A DNA stretch of 64,000 nucleotides, from assembly GCA_965227295.1 (NCBI GenBank), contig OZ245742.1, forward strand, positions 2,720,001 through 2,784,000, in the 5' to 3' direction. The first letter of the stretch is position 1. Each line of letters starts with the position of its first letter. Of this stretch, positions 17,664 to 28,027 are shown piece by piece. A program made the translations under genes and the position numbers. Below the pieces are notes generated by a model. The model had not been told where the DNA came from. It did not search any database and was given only the letters and a program-made list of their open reading frames with translations. The stretch is from Leptonemataceae bacterium (lineage in GTDB: Bacteria > Spirochaetota > Leptospiria > Leptospirales > Leptonemataceae).

Positions 17664-20600
17664 TCACTTCTCTCGCAAATCACTCAAGTGCGACCACTCG
17701 GGACCGGGGGGATTGTGCAACCAGTAGTTGCAGCGCTGGATGTACATCGAACTTACGGCGTCGTCGGGCAGAGAACGTTGCACGCTTTCGAAACCGGCCA
17801 GGGCCGCGGCAAAGTCGGCGGCCTTGTATTGTTTCAGAGCGGCGTCGTAGGCCGGCAAAGTGCGGCGTTTCTTTACGATGGAGTCGGCATCTTCATGGTC
17901 GTAGACCTCGAACAGGACCGAGGCGTTCTTTTTGCCTTTGAGGCGGACGTGATCCAACTCGCGTAAGTGAAAGTTAGCGCGATCTTGCAAACGATACGCC
18001 GTCTCGCCGGAGATTAAAATCGCCACACCGTACTTCTTCGTCGCCGATTCCAGGCGCGAAGCGGCATTCACCGTATCGCCGATCACCGTCGTACTCAGGC
18101 GATCCTCCAGGCCCAGCGTACCGAACATCGACATGCCCGTATGCAAACCGACGCCGATGTGAACCTCGGGCTCGTTTTTCGCCGCGCGTTCGCGGTTGAA
18201 CTCGCGTAACTCGCGCATCATGTGCACCGCGCCGCGCACGCCGTCGTCCGGTGACTTCGGAAACAGCGCCATGATGGCGTCGCCGATGTACTTGTCGATG
18301 AAGCCGTTGTTCTGCATGATCGGCGGGGCGATGCGTTCCAGGAGTTCGTTCAGAAAACGGAACGTTGCCGCCGGATCGAGGCTCTCCGAAAGCGTCGTGA
18401 AGCCGCGGATGTCCTGAAAGAGGACGGTGATCTCGCGATCCACCGCATCTCCGCGGTGGATGTCGCGGATGGTTTGTTTGTGCAGAACGTCCAGGAATTC
18501 GTTCGGCACGAATCGCGCAAAAGAATCGGTAAGTTTCTTTTGTTCGTCGTAGAGCATGGCGTTCTCCAGGGAGATAGCCGCCTGGGTTCCCAGGATCTCC
18601 AGGAGTTCCACACGATCCGGCGTGAACGCGCCGATGGACAGGTTGTTTTCTAAGTACAACACACCGGCGATTTGTCCGTGCATTTTGACGGGCATGCACA
18701 GGATGGAACGCGCGCCGTGATGGCTGATGTAATCGACCCGGGCGAACATGCCCGTGGTTTCACCGGCGGCGTCGGCCAGGACCACCGGCTCCCCCGTGCG
18801 ACGCACATACTCGATCAACGGCACCGGAAGTTTCGAGGAGGCTTCTTTCGTTTCCAGAGGAATGTGCATCAACGAACGCGAGATGTTGCGGCCGGGATGT
18901 TGCTCGGCTTCGATATAGAGTCGCCCGCTCTCGGCGGATGGAATCAAAAAGAGCCCGCGCTCGGCGCCCGCGGCTCGCAGGAGGATGCCGATCAACCGTT
19001 CCAGAAGCTTTTCGAGTTCGATTTCACCGGACAGCGCCTGGGTCGCCTGGAGGACCGTGTCGAGGTCCAGGGAATCCGTGGTGCTGCTCGTTCGCGTGTT
19101 TTCCACAACGGTACTTTCGCGTAGTTTCCGGGGAATCCGGGCGCCGTGTTCATGGGCCATTGCGGCGCCCAGGAAGTTCGGGTAGTGCTTCGACAGGTTT
19201 TCGGTTTTGGCCTGGGCACCCCAGCGCGCGTAGCCGATGCGAGCATCGTTTAAGTACGTGCGGGCGATCTTTTCCCGGCCCAGGCGCAGATAGAATTCTC
19301 CGGCCAGCTCGTTGCCCAGGGCCTCGTCATTCAGAAAACCGTTCGTCCGGGCGAGAGCCAGGGACCGATCATACATTTCGGCTGCGTGGCGTTCGTCCCG
19401 GCGTTCCGCGGCCAACTCCGCCTGGAGCAACGATACCGCGTGAGCCTGGTTGTGCGGGCAGCTCTCGTGCCATTCCTGGAGCTTGCGTAACTTTTGATTT
19501 GCAGAACTTAATAAAGCGCGCCGTTCTCGTCCGGAGGCGCTCCGGGCGGCTCCGACTTCGACCAGGCCGGAAATGAAATACTGCCGCGCCTGGGAGAACG
19601 ATGAGGCCGTATACTCCAGGTATCCCTCGGCCTCCCGGGAAGCGCGGAGGGCGCCGGGAATGTCCCGGAAGAGAAACGAGAGATAGGCCTGCATGCTGTA
19701 CGTATAGAAGATGCCGCTCAGGCCGCCGAGCTGCTCGAAGATCATCTTTCCGACGGTGGCGGAGAACCGGCCGCCGTCCAGGTCCGTGGGTTCGTGCGCG
19801 GGGTCCGTACCGCGAATGTTTGCGAGCACCTGGCCGATGCAGTCCAGGTGGTGGGCCATTAAGTGTTGTTTGTACGCACCTACGGAGACCCGGAGGCGCG
19901 AAAACTCGGCGTCGACGGTGTCCAGATTCGCCCCGCGGAGCAGGCCGTAGGTGATCATGTGAAACACGGCGTAGGCGTAGTAGACGTAGTCGCCGCTTTC
20001 AAGACACATGCGCGCGGAGGACTCCAGGTCGCGAATGCTGTTGTGAATCGGTTCTTTCCAGTGCTGCACGAAGGCGGCGTTCGTAAAGAGCACGCGATGG
20101 CGTACTTCCCTGGCGTTGATGAGATCGGTGAGTCGCAGCGCGAGACGAGAGGCGCGCACACCTTCGTCGATGTGTCCCGAGGCACATTGCAACAGGGCGT
20201 AGGCGGAAGCGATCGTGGGAGCGTACGGCGTGAGGCCGTTCTCTTCAATGAGTCGCATGCCCTCGTGGATTAAGAGCGGCATGTGCTCCGGGCTGGCCAC
20301 GTAAGCATTGGGTACGATCAATCCGAGCAGGCGCACCGCGGCGGCATGGTGCGGATCCTGCATCCGCGGTAGATGATGAAGTTCGCGGATGTGACGTTTA
20401 CTGGAGAACATGCGGCCGAGGAGTTGCGAAAAAGACGGCCACTGGTTGCCGGGGTCCATGGGGATGCGTACGCCGAGTTGCTCCAGAACGTCGAGTCCCG
20501 TCTCGAGGCCCTTGCGCAAATCACCGACGCCGTTGTAGGCGCGGATCTGTTCGTCGTAAACGGGAATGCGATCGAGCAGATTGTGCGTGCGATTCAGGAC

Positions 20601-23150
20601 TTCCCGTGCGAGGTTGTGGCCGTCCGCGGCCCGGCCTTCGAGAAAGAGGATCTCCACCTGTTCCCTGTGCAACGCTAAGGTTAACTCGTACGCACTTTGC
20701 CAGGGGTCCTCGGGCAGCAGGGCGTGTCCGGACTCCACGTACCGGGCCGAGGTTTCATAGGCGGCGGAGCGTTTCGCCTTGCGGGCCGCCTCCAGGTTGA
20801 GCCAGGCCAGCTCCAGGCGTTGCTCCGTACTCTGCAACAAAGCCGCGCCCAGGTTGAGGTGATTGACGATGTCGATGAGGTGTTCGTCCCGTTCCTCCGC
20901 GGGGATCGTGCGCAACAGGTGCCGGCCGACAATCACGTGACCGAGAATCTTGCGGTCCTCATCCAGGAGGACGTATGCCGCCTGGAGGACGCGATCGTGC
21001 ATGAAGCGATAGCGAACGGAGAGCAGCGCCTGGTCTTCGCCGGCGCCGGGTCGCAAAAGAGAAAGTCCGCTCTCATCGACCAGGGGGACGATCATGCCTT
21101 CTCGCAGCGGTGCGGCGAGCAGGCGCGCGGTTTCGCCCTCGGTTTTTTGATGCATGATCGCTAAGTTGTAAAGATCGAACGTTTGTCCGATGCACGCGGC
21201 CAGTTGCAGGACCGCCTGGCTCTCTTCCGGCAATCGCCGGATGCGTTCGGTCAGAAGATCGGCGACGTTCTCGGTAATATTCCGGGAACGGATGCGCGGC
21301 AGGTCCCACTCCCAGATTCCCTCGGCGGAGTTGAAGTCGATGAGTTTGTCCTGGTATAACGTACGCAAAAATTCATTTAAGAAGAACGGATTGCCGCCGG
21401 TCTTCGCGAGCACCAGTTTCGCCAGGGCCGCCGTCTCGTTAAGCCGGGCCTGCAAGGCGTCGGCGACGAAGGCTTCGACGTTGTCCTCGCTCAGCGGGCC
21501 GAGCAGGATGGCCTCGGGTTCCCGGGACGAACGGGCCAGGTCCACCGCGAGCTGCGTGATGGAACGCGTTTCCGCCGTGTCGCCGTCACGATACGCGCCG
21601 ATCAACAGGATGTGCCGCGTATCGGGATCCGTGACCAGGCTTTTGATCAATTGCAACGACGCGGCGTCGGCCCAGTGCAGATCATCGAGGAACAGAACGA
21701 GGGGACGATCGGCATCCGCGAAGCCGCGGACGAATCCGCGAAAGACCGCATGAAAGCGGTTCTGGGATTCCGCGGCCGGTAGTTGCAAGGCCTCGTCCTG
21801 TTTGCCGATGATCAACTCAATGTCCGGAATGACGTCGGCGATAACCGAACCGTTCGGCCCCAGGATCTCCCGCAGTCGCCGCCGCCAGCGATCAATGGAG
21901 GCTTCGGATTCCATCAGAATTTGCCGAACTATATCACGAAACGCCTGGATAAAAGCGGTATACGGAACGTCCTGCCGCAGCTCGGCGTAGTTTCCGGAAA
22001 TGAAGAAACCGCGGTGTTCGGCCACGTACCTTCGGACGTCGTGGACCAGGGAGGACTTGCCGATGCCGGTTACGCCTTTGACCAGCAGGAAGCAGGTCTC
22101 ACCGTGGCGCGTGCGGCGAAAGAGATTGCGCAGGGCGTGAATCTCCTGCTCGCGGCCGTACAAACGTTGCGGCAACAGAAATTTACCGGAGATGTCGCTG
22201 GCGCCGATTTCGAAGTTCGAAATCGAACCTTCGTCCTTCCAGAGGGCCAGGCATTTCTGTAGATCGGCCTTTAGGCCGAAGGCGCTCTGGTAACGATCCT
22301 CGGGATTCTTGGCGAGGAGCTTCATGATGATGTTTGCGATGGGCGCGGGAATTTCATCGAAGCCGTCGCCGGCGCGGTCCCGGCTACGGCCGAGGACGGG
22401 CGGTTCGGGCTGAACGGCAATGTGACAATGAATGATTTCCAGGGGATCGGTGTTGCCGTCGATCAGGAACGGCGGGCGGCCGGTAAGCATTTCGTAGAAT
22501 GTGGCACCCAGAGAATAAAAATCGCTGCGCTGATCCACCGTACGATTCATGCGGCCCGTCTGTTCCGGTGAGATGTACGGCAGCGAACCTTCCAGGATGC
22601 TCGCGGATTCGTCTTCGGAAAACGAAGCGCCGGCATGGGAGCGCTGCTGCCGGGAGAGCAGTTTGCTGATGCCGAAGTCTATGATCTTAATATCACCTGT
22701 GTCACGGTTAATAAGAATGTTCGCCGGCTTCACGTCCTTGTGGACGATGTCCTGGCCGTGAATGCGTCCGAGGGCCTCGGTGATGCGAATGGCCATGCGC
22801 AGAAAGGCGAGGACCCCGGGCAGGCGACGCTTCAACATGCTGCGCAGGGAGTCGCCGCCCGTATCTTCCATGACCAGAGCGAAGCCGTTGTCGCAGGGTT
22901 CCAGGGCCATCACCCTGGGAACCTCTTCGATGCCCAGGCCGCGGGCGATTTCATACTCCCGGCGCAGTCGATTCAATTCCTCCGGGCCGGGGAACGGAGA
23001 CTTCAGTGTCTTAATGATCAGCGGGTGCGGGCTGTCGTCGTAGTATCCGCGGTAGATGCGGGTCTTCTCGCCTTCGTGAACCAATTCCGCAATCCGGTAG
23101 TTTTGCAGGGTGATTCCGTCCATAGTGTTCTGAGTCGCGGCGCCGTGCAT
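17664..23150 (-). CDS. Ser/Thr kinase - AAA ATPase - GAF - class III adenylate cyclase multidomain protein
   Basis: 'HKDVKPAN','DFG','SPEQTGR'; 'GVTGIGKS','LFLDDLHWAD'; GAF 'VLYLENN'; cyclase 'DIRGFT','DKYIGDAIMA','GDTVNAASRLE'. Confidence 0.95.
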   Translation of the reverse strand: MHGAATQNTMDGITLQNYRIAELVHEGEKTRIYRGYYDDSPHPLIIKTLKSPFPGPEELNRLRREYEIARGLGIEEVPRVMALEPCDNGFALVMEDTGGDSLRSMLKRRLPGVLAFLRMAIRITEALGRIHGQDIVHKDVKPANILINRDTGDIKIIDFGISKLLSRQQRSHAGASFSEDESASILEGSLPYISPEQTGRMNRTVDQRSDFYSLGATFYEMLTGRPPFLIDGNTDPLEIIHCHIAVQPEPPVLGRSRDRAGDGFDEIPAPIANIIMKLLAKNPEDRYQSAFGLKADLQKCLALWKDEGSISNFEIGASDISGKFLLPQRLYGREQEIHALRNLFRRTRHGETCFLLVKGVTGIGKSSLVHDVRRYVAEHRGFFISGNYAELRQDVPYTAFIQAFRDIVRQILMESEASIDRWRRRLREILGPNGSVIADVIPDIELIIGKQDEALQLPAAESQNRFHAVFRGFVRGFADADRPLVLFLDDLHWADAASLQLIKSLVTDPDTRHILLIGAYRDGDTAETRSITQLAVDLARSSREPEAILLGPLSEDNVEAFVADALQARLNETAALAKLVLAKTGGNPFFLNEFLRTLYQDKLIDFNSAEGIWEWDLPRIRSRNITENVADLLTERIRRLPEESQAVLQLAACIGQTFDLYNLAIMHQKTEGETARLLAAPLREGMIVPLVDESGLSLLRPGAGEDQALLSVRYRFMHDRVLQAAYVLLDEDRKILGHVIVGRHLLRTIPAEERDEHLIDIVNHLNLGAALLQSTEQRLELAWLNLEAARKAKRSAAYETSARYVESGHALLPEDPWQSAYELTLALHREQVEILFLEGRAADGHNLAREVLNRTHNLLDRIPVYDEQIRAYNGVGDLRKGLETGLDVLEQLGVRIPMDPGNQWPSFSQLLGRMFSSKRHIRELHHLPRMQDPHHAAAVRLLGLIVPNAYVASPEHMPLLIHEGMRLIEENGLTPYAPTIASAYALLQCASGHIDEGVRASRLALRLTDLINAREVRHRVLFTNAAFVQHWKEPIHNSIRDLESSARMCLESGDYVYYAYAVFHMITYGLLRGANLDTVDAEFSRLRVSVGAYKQHLMAHHLDCIGQVLANIRGTDPAHEPTDLDGGRFSATVGKMIFEQLGGLSGIFYTYSMQAYLSFLFRDIPGALRASREAEGYLEYTASSFSQARQYFISGLVEVGAARSASGRERRALLSSANQKLRKLQEWHESCPHNQAHAVSLLQAELAAERRDERHAAEMYDRSLALARTNGFLNDEALGNELAGEFYLRLGREKIARTYLNDARIGYARWGAQAKTENLSKHYPNFLGAAMAHEHGARIPRKLRESTVVENTRTSSTTDSLDLDTVLQATQALSGEIELEKLLERLIGILLRAAGAERGLFLIPSAESGRLYIEAEQHPGRNISRSLMHIPLETKEASSKLPVPLIEYVRRTGEPVVLADAAGETTGMFARVDYISHHGARSILCMPVKMHGQIAGVLYLENNLSIGAFTPDRVELLEILGTQAAISLENAMLYDEQKKLTDSFARFVPNEFLDVLHKQTIRDIHRGDAVDREITVLFQDIRGFTTLSESLDPAATFRFLNELLERIAPPIMQNNGFIDKYIGDAIMALFPKSPDDGVRGAVHMMRELREFNRERAAKNEPEVHIGVGLHTGMSMFGTLGLEDRLSTTVIGDTVNAASRLESATKKYGVAILISGETAYRLQDRANFHLRELDHVRLKGKKNASVLFEVYDHEDADSIVKKRRTLPAYDAALKQYKAADFAAALAGFESVQRSLPDDAVSSMYIQRCNYWLHNPPGPEWSHLSDLREK

Positions 23151-23341
23151 CTCTGGCCTCGTTAAACTTCCGATGAATGATTGTTAAGTATAGACTGACA
23201 TTCCTTAACTATTATTTCGGCGCATGCGCAGAAAATGCGAAAATCACGCAAAATATGAAAACTGCGCAGTTGTTGAGATTTCGAAACTAATACGATGGTA
23301 TTAGTCGGGCAGGGGGCGACCGGTACGAATACGGGGCCGAT

Positions 23342-24157
23342 TCAGTTCCGGAGTTCGGACTGTTTTTTGCGGCCCTTTTTGCCGAGACTACCGGCGAGGA
23401 ACGCGGCCAGGCCAGGGAAGGCGGAGCCGAGTTTGGTAAGCACGCCGCGATAGCCTGGAATCAGGACCTCCGGCGGTTTTTTGGGCAGCACCTTGTTCAG
23501 GATCACCCGCTCCACGTCTTCGACGGTCAGGAAACGATCACCGGAAAACGTGAGCGCGGCTTCGTCGTACTCGACCTGGAGGTCCAGCATCGGCGTTTGC
23601 ACGGCGTCGGGGCATACGACCGTAACATACACTCCATGAGACTTAAGCTCCTGAGCGGCGGCCAGGCTGTAGCCGCGCACCGCATGTTTGGAGGCGCTGT
23701 AGAGGGAAATGCCCGGAATGCCGGCCACACCGGCCAACGACGCAAAGTTTACGATGTGTCCGCGGCCGGCCGCGACCATGATTCGTGCGGCGGCCATCAT
23801 GCCGAAGATGAGGCCTTTGCTGTTGATGTCCAGGTGGCGGTCGACCTCTTCCGCGGGGCTTTCGTGGCAGTAGCCGGGCTTGATGTAGCCGGCCACGTTG
23901 AAGAGCACATCGAGGCGGCCGTGTTTTTTCCAGACGCTGTCGAGGAACTTTTTCCATTCGGCGGCTTTGCGAACGTCGAGTTTTTTTGTTTCGAGGGACC
24001 AGTTCTTCTCTTTCGCCAGGGCGGCGAGGGCTTTTAGGCCCTTGTCGTTGATGTCCGTGGCGACGACGTGCACCCCGCGTCGGGCGAAAGTTTCCGAGAG
24101 TCGCCGGCCGATGCCGCTGGCCGATCCGGTAACGATGTAAACTTCTTTTGCGTTCAC
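23342..24157 (-). CDS. Short-chain dehydrogenase/reductase
   Basis: 'TGSASGIG', 'YSASK'. Confidence 0.93.
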   Translation of the reverse strand: MNAKEVYIVTGSASGIGRRLSETFARRGVHVVATDINDKGLKALAALAKEKNWSLETKKLDVRKAAEWKKFLDSVWKKHGRLDVLFNVAGYIKPGYCHESPAEEVDRHLDINSKGLIFGMMAAARIMVAAGRGHIVNFASLAGVAGIPGISLYSASKHAVRGYSLAAAQELKSHGVYVTVVCPDAVQTPMLDLQVEYDEAALTFSGDRFLTVEDVERVILNKVLPKKPPEVLIPGYRGVLTKLGSAFPGLAAFLAGSLGKKGRKKQSELRN

Positions 24158-24187
24158 GTTAGTCTGCCCTGGCGATGCGTCGCTCCA

Positions 24188-25330
24188 CTACGCCGCGGCC
24201 CGGCGGCCGCGTTTCGAAGACGCCTTCGCGGCCGCAGCTAACAACGTCCCGTGTTCGATGGGGCCGAACGTAAACGTCGGTTTGATGCCGGGAAAGCCCC
24301 AGTAGCGCGTGAGTTCGGAGGAGGGCACCACGTTAAAGAAGCGCTCGTCCCGCGGTGAAGGCCCGGCGAGTTCTTTCTCCAGCACCATGCTGATGTACTG
24401 GTCCAGTCCGCCTTCTAATGTATTGCCGTTGAGGATTACCTCCATGCCGGTCTTCTTCGCGTAACTTTTTACGCCCGGAATCTTAGAATGGAGCGGGGAG
24501 TAGCTGTCCGCGGAAACCCCGTTTTCGCTTGTGACTAACACTCCCTCGGGAGTTCTTACGGCCAGGCTGTGGTTGCCCTCGGTGTGACCCGGCGTGTGAA
24601 TGAAGGCCACGCCGTCGCCGAGCATCATGTCGCCGTCGAGCAGGATGATCTTCGCCGGGTCCACGCCCTCGGTTCCGTGCGGGCAGTACCAATCGGCCTG
24701 GGGCGGGAGCAGGCCGCCGTCGGCCGATTCCCATTCCTGGCGCATCACCAACAGCTTCGCGTTCGGAAAGAATGCCGGTCGTCCGCCGAACTCCGGCGTG
24801 GTGCCGAGCCACTTGCGGAGTTCCTGGGTGTGCAGATGATCGTACGAAATGTAGTCGATGTCCTCGGGGTCCAGGCCCAGGTCTCTGAGCACGTCCTCGA
24901 CGGTGGCGAGGGTCGGCGCGATGAAACGCCGGCCGAGTTCTTTGAACGGGCCGAAGGAATCGGCGAGCCGTTTGAAGAAAGGCGTCTCCGCGTTGCCGGT
25001 GAGGTCCGACGGAGAAAAGAGCAGGGTCTTAATGCCCGCGCTCGTTTGATACTGGACGACGAAGAGGCGATTCAGGATGTGCATGAACGGCGTCGGCAAC
25101 GAAAACGCATTCAGCAAACCGTACTTCGTGGGATACGGAGCGCGAATCAAATCGAACGTGCGATAATACAGGGCCGGCGGTCCGTCGTGCATCTTTTCGC
25201 GCAGGCGTCGCGCGGCCCGGCGCACGTCGTCCAGGCGATTCTGCGGCACCGACGAAGAGCGTGCGCCCTTGAAATCGGGGATGCGTTTGATCTCGGCGGG
25301 GACTTTTGCGAACTTACTGCGAGCGGCCAT
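24188..25330 (-). CDS. MBL-fold hydrolase-like protein (start may be 25357)
   Basis: 'DIDYISYDHLHTQE', 'HTPGHTEGNHS'. Confidence 0.8.
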   Translation of the reverse strand: MAARSKFAKVPAEIKRIPDFKGARSSSVPQNRLDDVRRAARRLREKMHDGPPALYYRTFDLIRAPYPTKYGLLNAFSLPTPFMHILNRLFVVQYQTSAGIKTLLFSPSDLTGNAETPFFKRLADSFGPFKELGRRFIAPTLATVEDVLRDLGLDPEDIDYISYDHLHTQELRKWLGTTPEFGGRPAFFPNAKLLVMRQEWESADGGLLPPQADWYCPHGTEGVDPAKIILLDGDMMLGDGVAFIHTPGHTEGNHSLAVRTPEGVLVTSENGVSADSYSPLHSKIPGVKSYAKKTGMEVILNGNTLEGGLDQYISMVLEKELAGPSPRDERFFNVVPSSELTRYWGFPGIKPTFTFGPIEHGTLLAAAAKASSKRGRRAAA

Positions 25331-25422
25331 GACTGAGGGGAACGCGGATTGACGCATGTGTCAACAAATTACTGCGCGGCCCCGCGCGATGGTTGGATGT
25401 CAAAGAGATCGCGGCGTGCATT

Positions 25423-27102
25423 TCAGTCCCGGTATTCCACGTTCACCGGAAACTCCGCGGCGGCAATTTCAGCCACGTAACAGGCCTTGCGAACGTTCGG
25501 AGCCGGATCACCGAAGCGGGCGTTCGTGCACGCCACACGTCGGCCGCGCGAAGTTTTATGAAAGGCGAAGTTTTTGTTAGATTCTCCTGAACCGTACTTA
25601 AAGAGCGCGGTCTTTGCTTTCACGGCGCAGTTGCCGCCTTCGTCGGCGCACTTCAGCCAATCGAGGGGTTTCGTTTCGCAGCCGCCGTTCGGACAACGCA
25701 CTCGTTCGCCGCCGGAGACCAGCTGTATCGGTCGGCCCGGCCCGTCGCGAAAGAGCACCTGGAAAGACGGTTCGCCTGGAATCGCGCACAGCCCGTCCGC
25801 GTCGCAACGTTCCCAGGTCAGCTCCGTCGGTGCCGTGTCTTTTTTCTCGACGCGCACGCTGTAATAGTAACGCTGCGAACCCTCGAAGTGCTCGGGCATG
25901 GCGGCGACGATGAGATAGAGCTGCCGATCGCGTTTCGTCGCGCGCACGCTTACAAGGCCGTCGCGATGATTGCGCAACGGCACATCCGTATAACGATCTT
26001 TGCCGGGGGTCGATTTCAACACGCGGGCGCGAAAGATCGCGGGGGTTTCGTCGTCGCCCTGATCGTCGCCGTCGATGTGAAACGTATAGATTGCATCGCT
26101 CTTGTTGTTGATGCGAATGACGTTGTAGCCCCAGCCCCGCGGCGCGTGATTGCGATCGGGGCGAATGTTGCCGGCGTTCGTGCCGCGATCCTCCAGGACC
26201 GCGACGTACTGCTGGCGGTCGTTCGGATAGTTGCGCATCTCACGCGCGTACTCGCCCTTCGCAATCGAGCGCTGCTCCGGTGTAAGAAAGGCGAGATCCA
26301 GGGTCACCTCCGATGCGAAGTCCAGCCAGTGCTCGCGCAGTTTGTTTGCGCCCAGCTTTGTGTAGAGATAGTGCTGCGGCGATGTGGTGATGCCGGCGTA
26401 AGAACTGTTGCCGACCACGAAGCGCGGTACGCCCTTGTGTTCGGTCAAGTAGAACAAGAACATGTTCATGGAATACTGGTGCATGCCGCGGCCCCAGTTT
26501 TTGACCTCGGCGTTAAAGAATTCGGAGTGCCACATTTGCAATTGCGGATGATTCACGAACGAGTACGCGCCGGGAAAATTCCAGGGGTGCCCCGGATAAC
26601 GCACCGCCGCGTTCCAGGAAGCCGCCGCCTCAATGAACCAACCCGTGTCGCCGCCGTAGGGCAGCCGGCCGCTGTACTGGAAGATGTGAAAGCCCTCGTG
26701 ACTGAGGTTGATTTTGTCCGTGTGGGCGCCGTAGGGCAGCGTCATGAACGGGTTCTTGAATTTATCCGTGCCCACGCCGTTGCCCCAGCCGTCCGGAAAT
26801 ACGTCCTCGCGCGGATGGTGGATGTAGATGTTCACATAGTTGCCGCGGCCGACGTTGGGCGGGTCCTGCATTTTGTAATCGTTCAACGCCTGGGTGCGGA
26901 CCGCGTTCAGTTCTTTCAAGGCTGCGCGAGCGTCGTCGCGATGATCGTACTTGCGGTCCCACCAGGCGATGAACACGCCGTCGATGAGATGTTCGCAGCG
27001 CCGCGTATCGCAGAACTCGGTCTTGATCGTGAGTTGCCGCTCTGAAAAGCCGGGGCTGTACACGAGGAAAAGAAAAGAGAACAGGATGATCAGCTTGCGC
27101 AT
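25423..27102 (-). CDS. Secreted zinc metallopeptidase-like protein (DUF6055-like) with a Cys-rich C-terminal module
   Basis: Signal peptide MRKLIILF; 'HEGFH' followed by 'WFIEA'; tail 'CADEGGNC...CTNARFGDPAP..KAC'. Confidence 0.7.
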   Translation of the reverse strand: MRKLIILFSFLFLVYSPGFSERQLTIKTEFCDTRRCEHLIDGVFIAWWDRKYDHRDDARAALKELNAVRTQALNDYKMQDPPNVGRGNYVNIYIHHPREDVFPDGWGNGVGTDKFKNPFMTLPYGAHTDKINLSHEGFHIFQYSGRLPYGGDTGWFIEAAASWNAAVRYPGHPWNFPGAYSFVNHPQLQMWHSEFFNAEVKNWGRGMHQYSMNMFLFYLTEHKGVPRFVVGNSSYAGITTSPQHYLYTKLGANKLREHWLDFASEVTLDLAFLTPEQRSIAKGEYAREMRNYPNDRQQYVAVLEDRGTNAGNIRPDRNHAPRGWGYNVIRINNKSDAIYTFHIDGDDQGDDETPAIFRARVLKSTPGKDRYTDVPLRNHRDGLVSVRATKRDRQLYLIVAAMPEHFEGSQRYYYSVRVEKKDTAPTELTWERCDADGLCAIPGEPSFQVLFRDGPGRPIQLVSGGERVRCPNGGCETKPLDWLKCADEGGNCAVKAKTALFKYGSGESNKNFAFHKTSRGRRVACTNARFGDPAPNVRKACYVAEIAAAEFPVNVEYRD

Positions 27103-27212
27103 GTCGAACTCCAGGATGTGCGGACGATGTTGAGTTGGACGAAACAGCGGCGCAAAAGTCATCCCGTTTTTGCGCTTTTCAAGAGATACGTTTGCATGGT
27201 CGTCGTGCGTGT

Positions 27213-27827
27213 TCATAGAGATTTTTGCGGCAACCGCGTCGCAAACAGAAACCACAGCGAAACGATCAACCAGCACGCAAGCGTCAGCTCCGCGCCGAGG
27301 GAATCCGGATAACCCGCGAGAAAGGCGGCGCCGGACGCGCCCACGCCGACGCCGAGAAACACGGTGCCGTGCCGCAACTTACGCGCGGCCAGGCCGATCA
27401 GTAAGATTGCCACGCCGAACATTAGCGCGATCATATGCATGCCGCCGTAGAACAGCGCGAGCGTGAGCGCGGCGTTGTCCGCTGTGTTCGCCGTGATTCC
27501 TGAGACCGGATACACCAATCGTCCCTGCACCACGCACGCCATGAGCATGAGCGGCACCGCCGCGGCGAAGATGCCGCAGCCACTGATCGTGAGCGACGGC
27601 GTCTCATGATACAAAGCGCGAAAGATTCCCGCAATGCCCGGAATCAAGAGCACGGCTCCGATGCCGAGTGCCTCGTTGCTCAGTGCGAGTGCGAGATAGT
27701 GTGATTCGACCCACGCAAACATTGCGCCGGGTTCCGTGGGGATGGGCGCGCTGAGGTACTCCAGCACGGCGCGCCCGCCTAAAAGCAGGGAGGCGAGGAT
27801 GAGCGTGATGCGGTCGGGAGTGTTCAT
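27213..27827 (-). CDS. Multi-pass membrane protein (DUF4386-like)
   Basis: About six hydrophobic segments. Confidence 0.6.
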   Translation of the reverse strand: MNTPDRITLILASLLLGGRAVLEYLSAPIPTEPGAMFAWVESHYLALALSNEALGIGAVLLIPGIAGIFRALYHETPSLTISGCGIFAAAVPLMLMACVVQGRLVYPVSGITANTADNAALTLALFYGGMHMIALMFGVAILLIGLAARKLRHGTVFLGVGVGASGAAFLAGYPDSLGAELTLACWLIVSLWFLFATRLPQKSL

Positions 27828-28027
27828 GATTGCGCGGAATCGTGGATCAGGCTGCTCGTGCTCAGAATCATGGAACGCGAACGGAATCTGCAACACCTTC
27901 TCGAAAAAAATTGCGGGCATTGCCGGTCGTCGACACCGCACCCGCGTGCAATTTCCCGTCGCTCCGGTGCCGCCGCCGGGAAACTCGCGCCTTTGCGAAT
28001 CGCAGAAGCATCCTGTAGCATCGGCGC

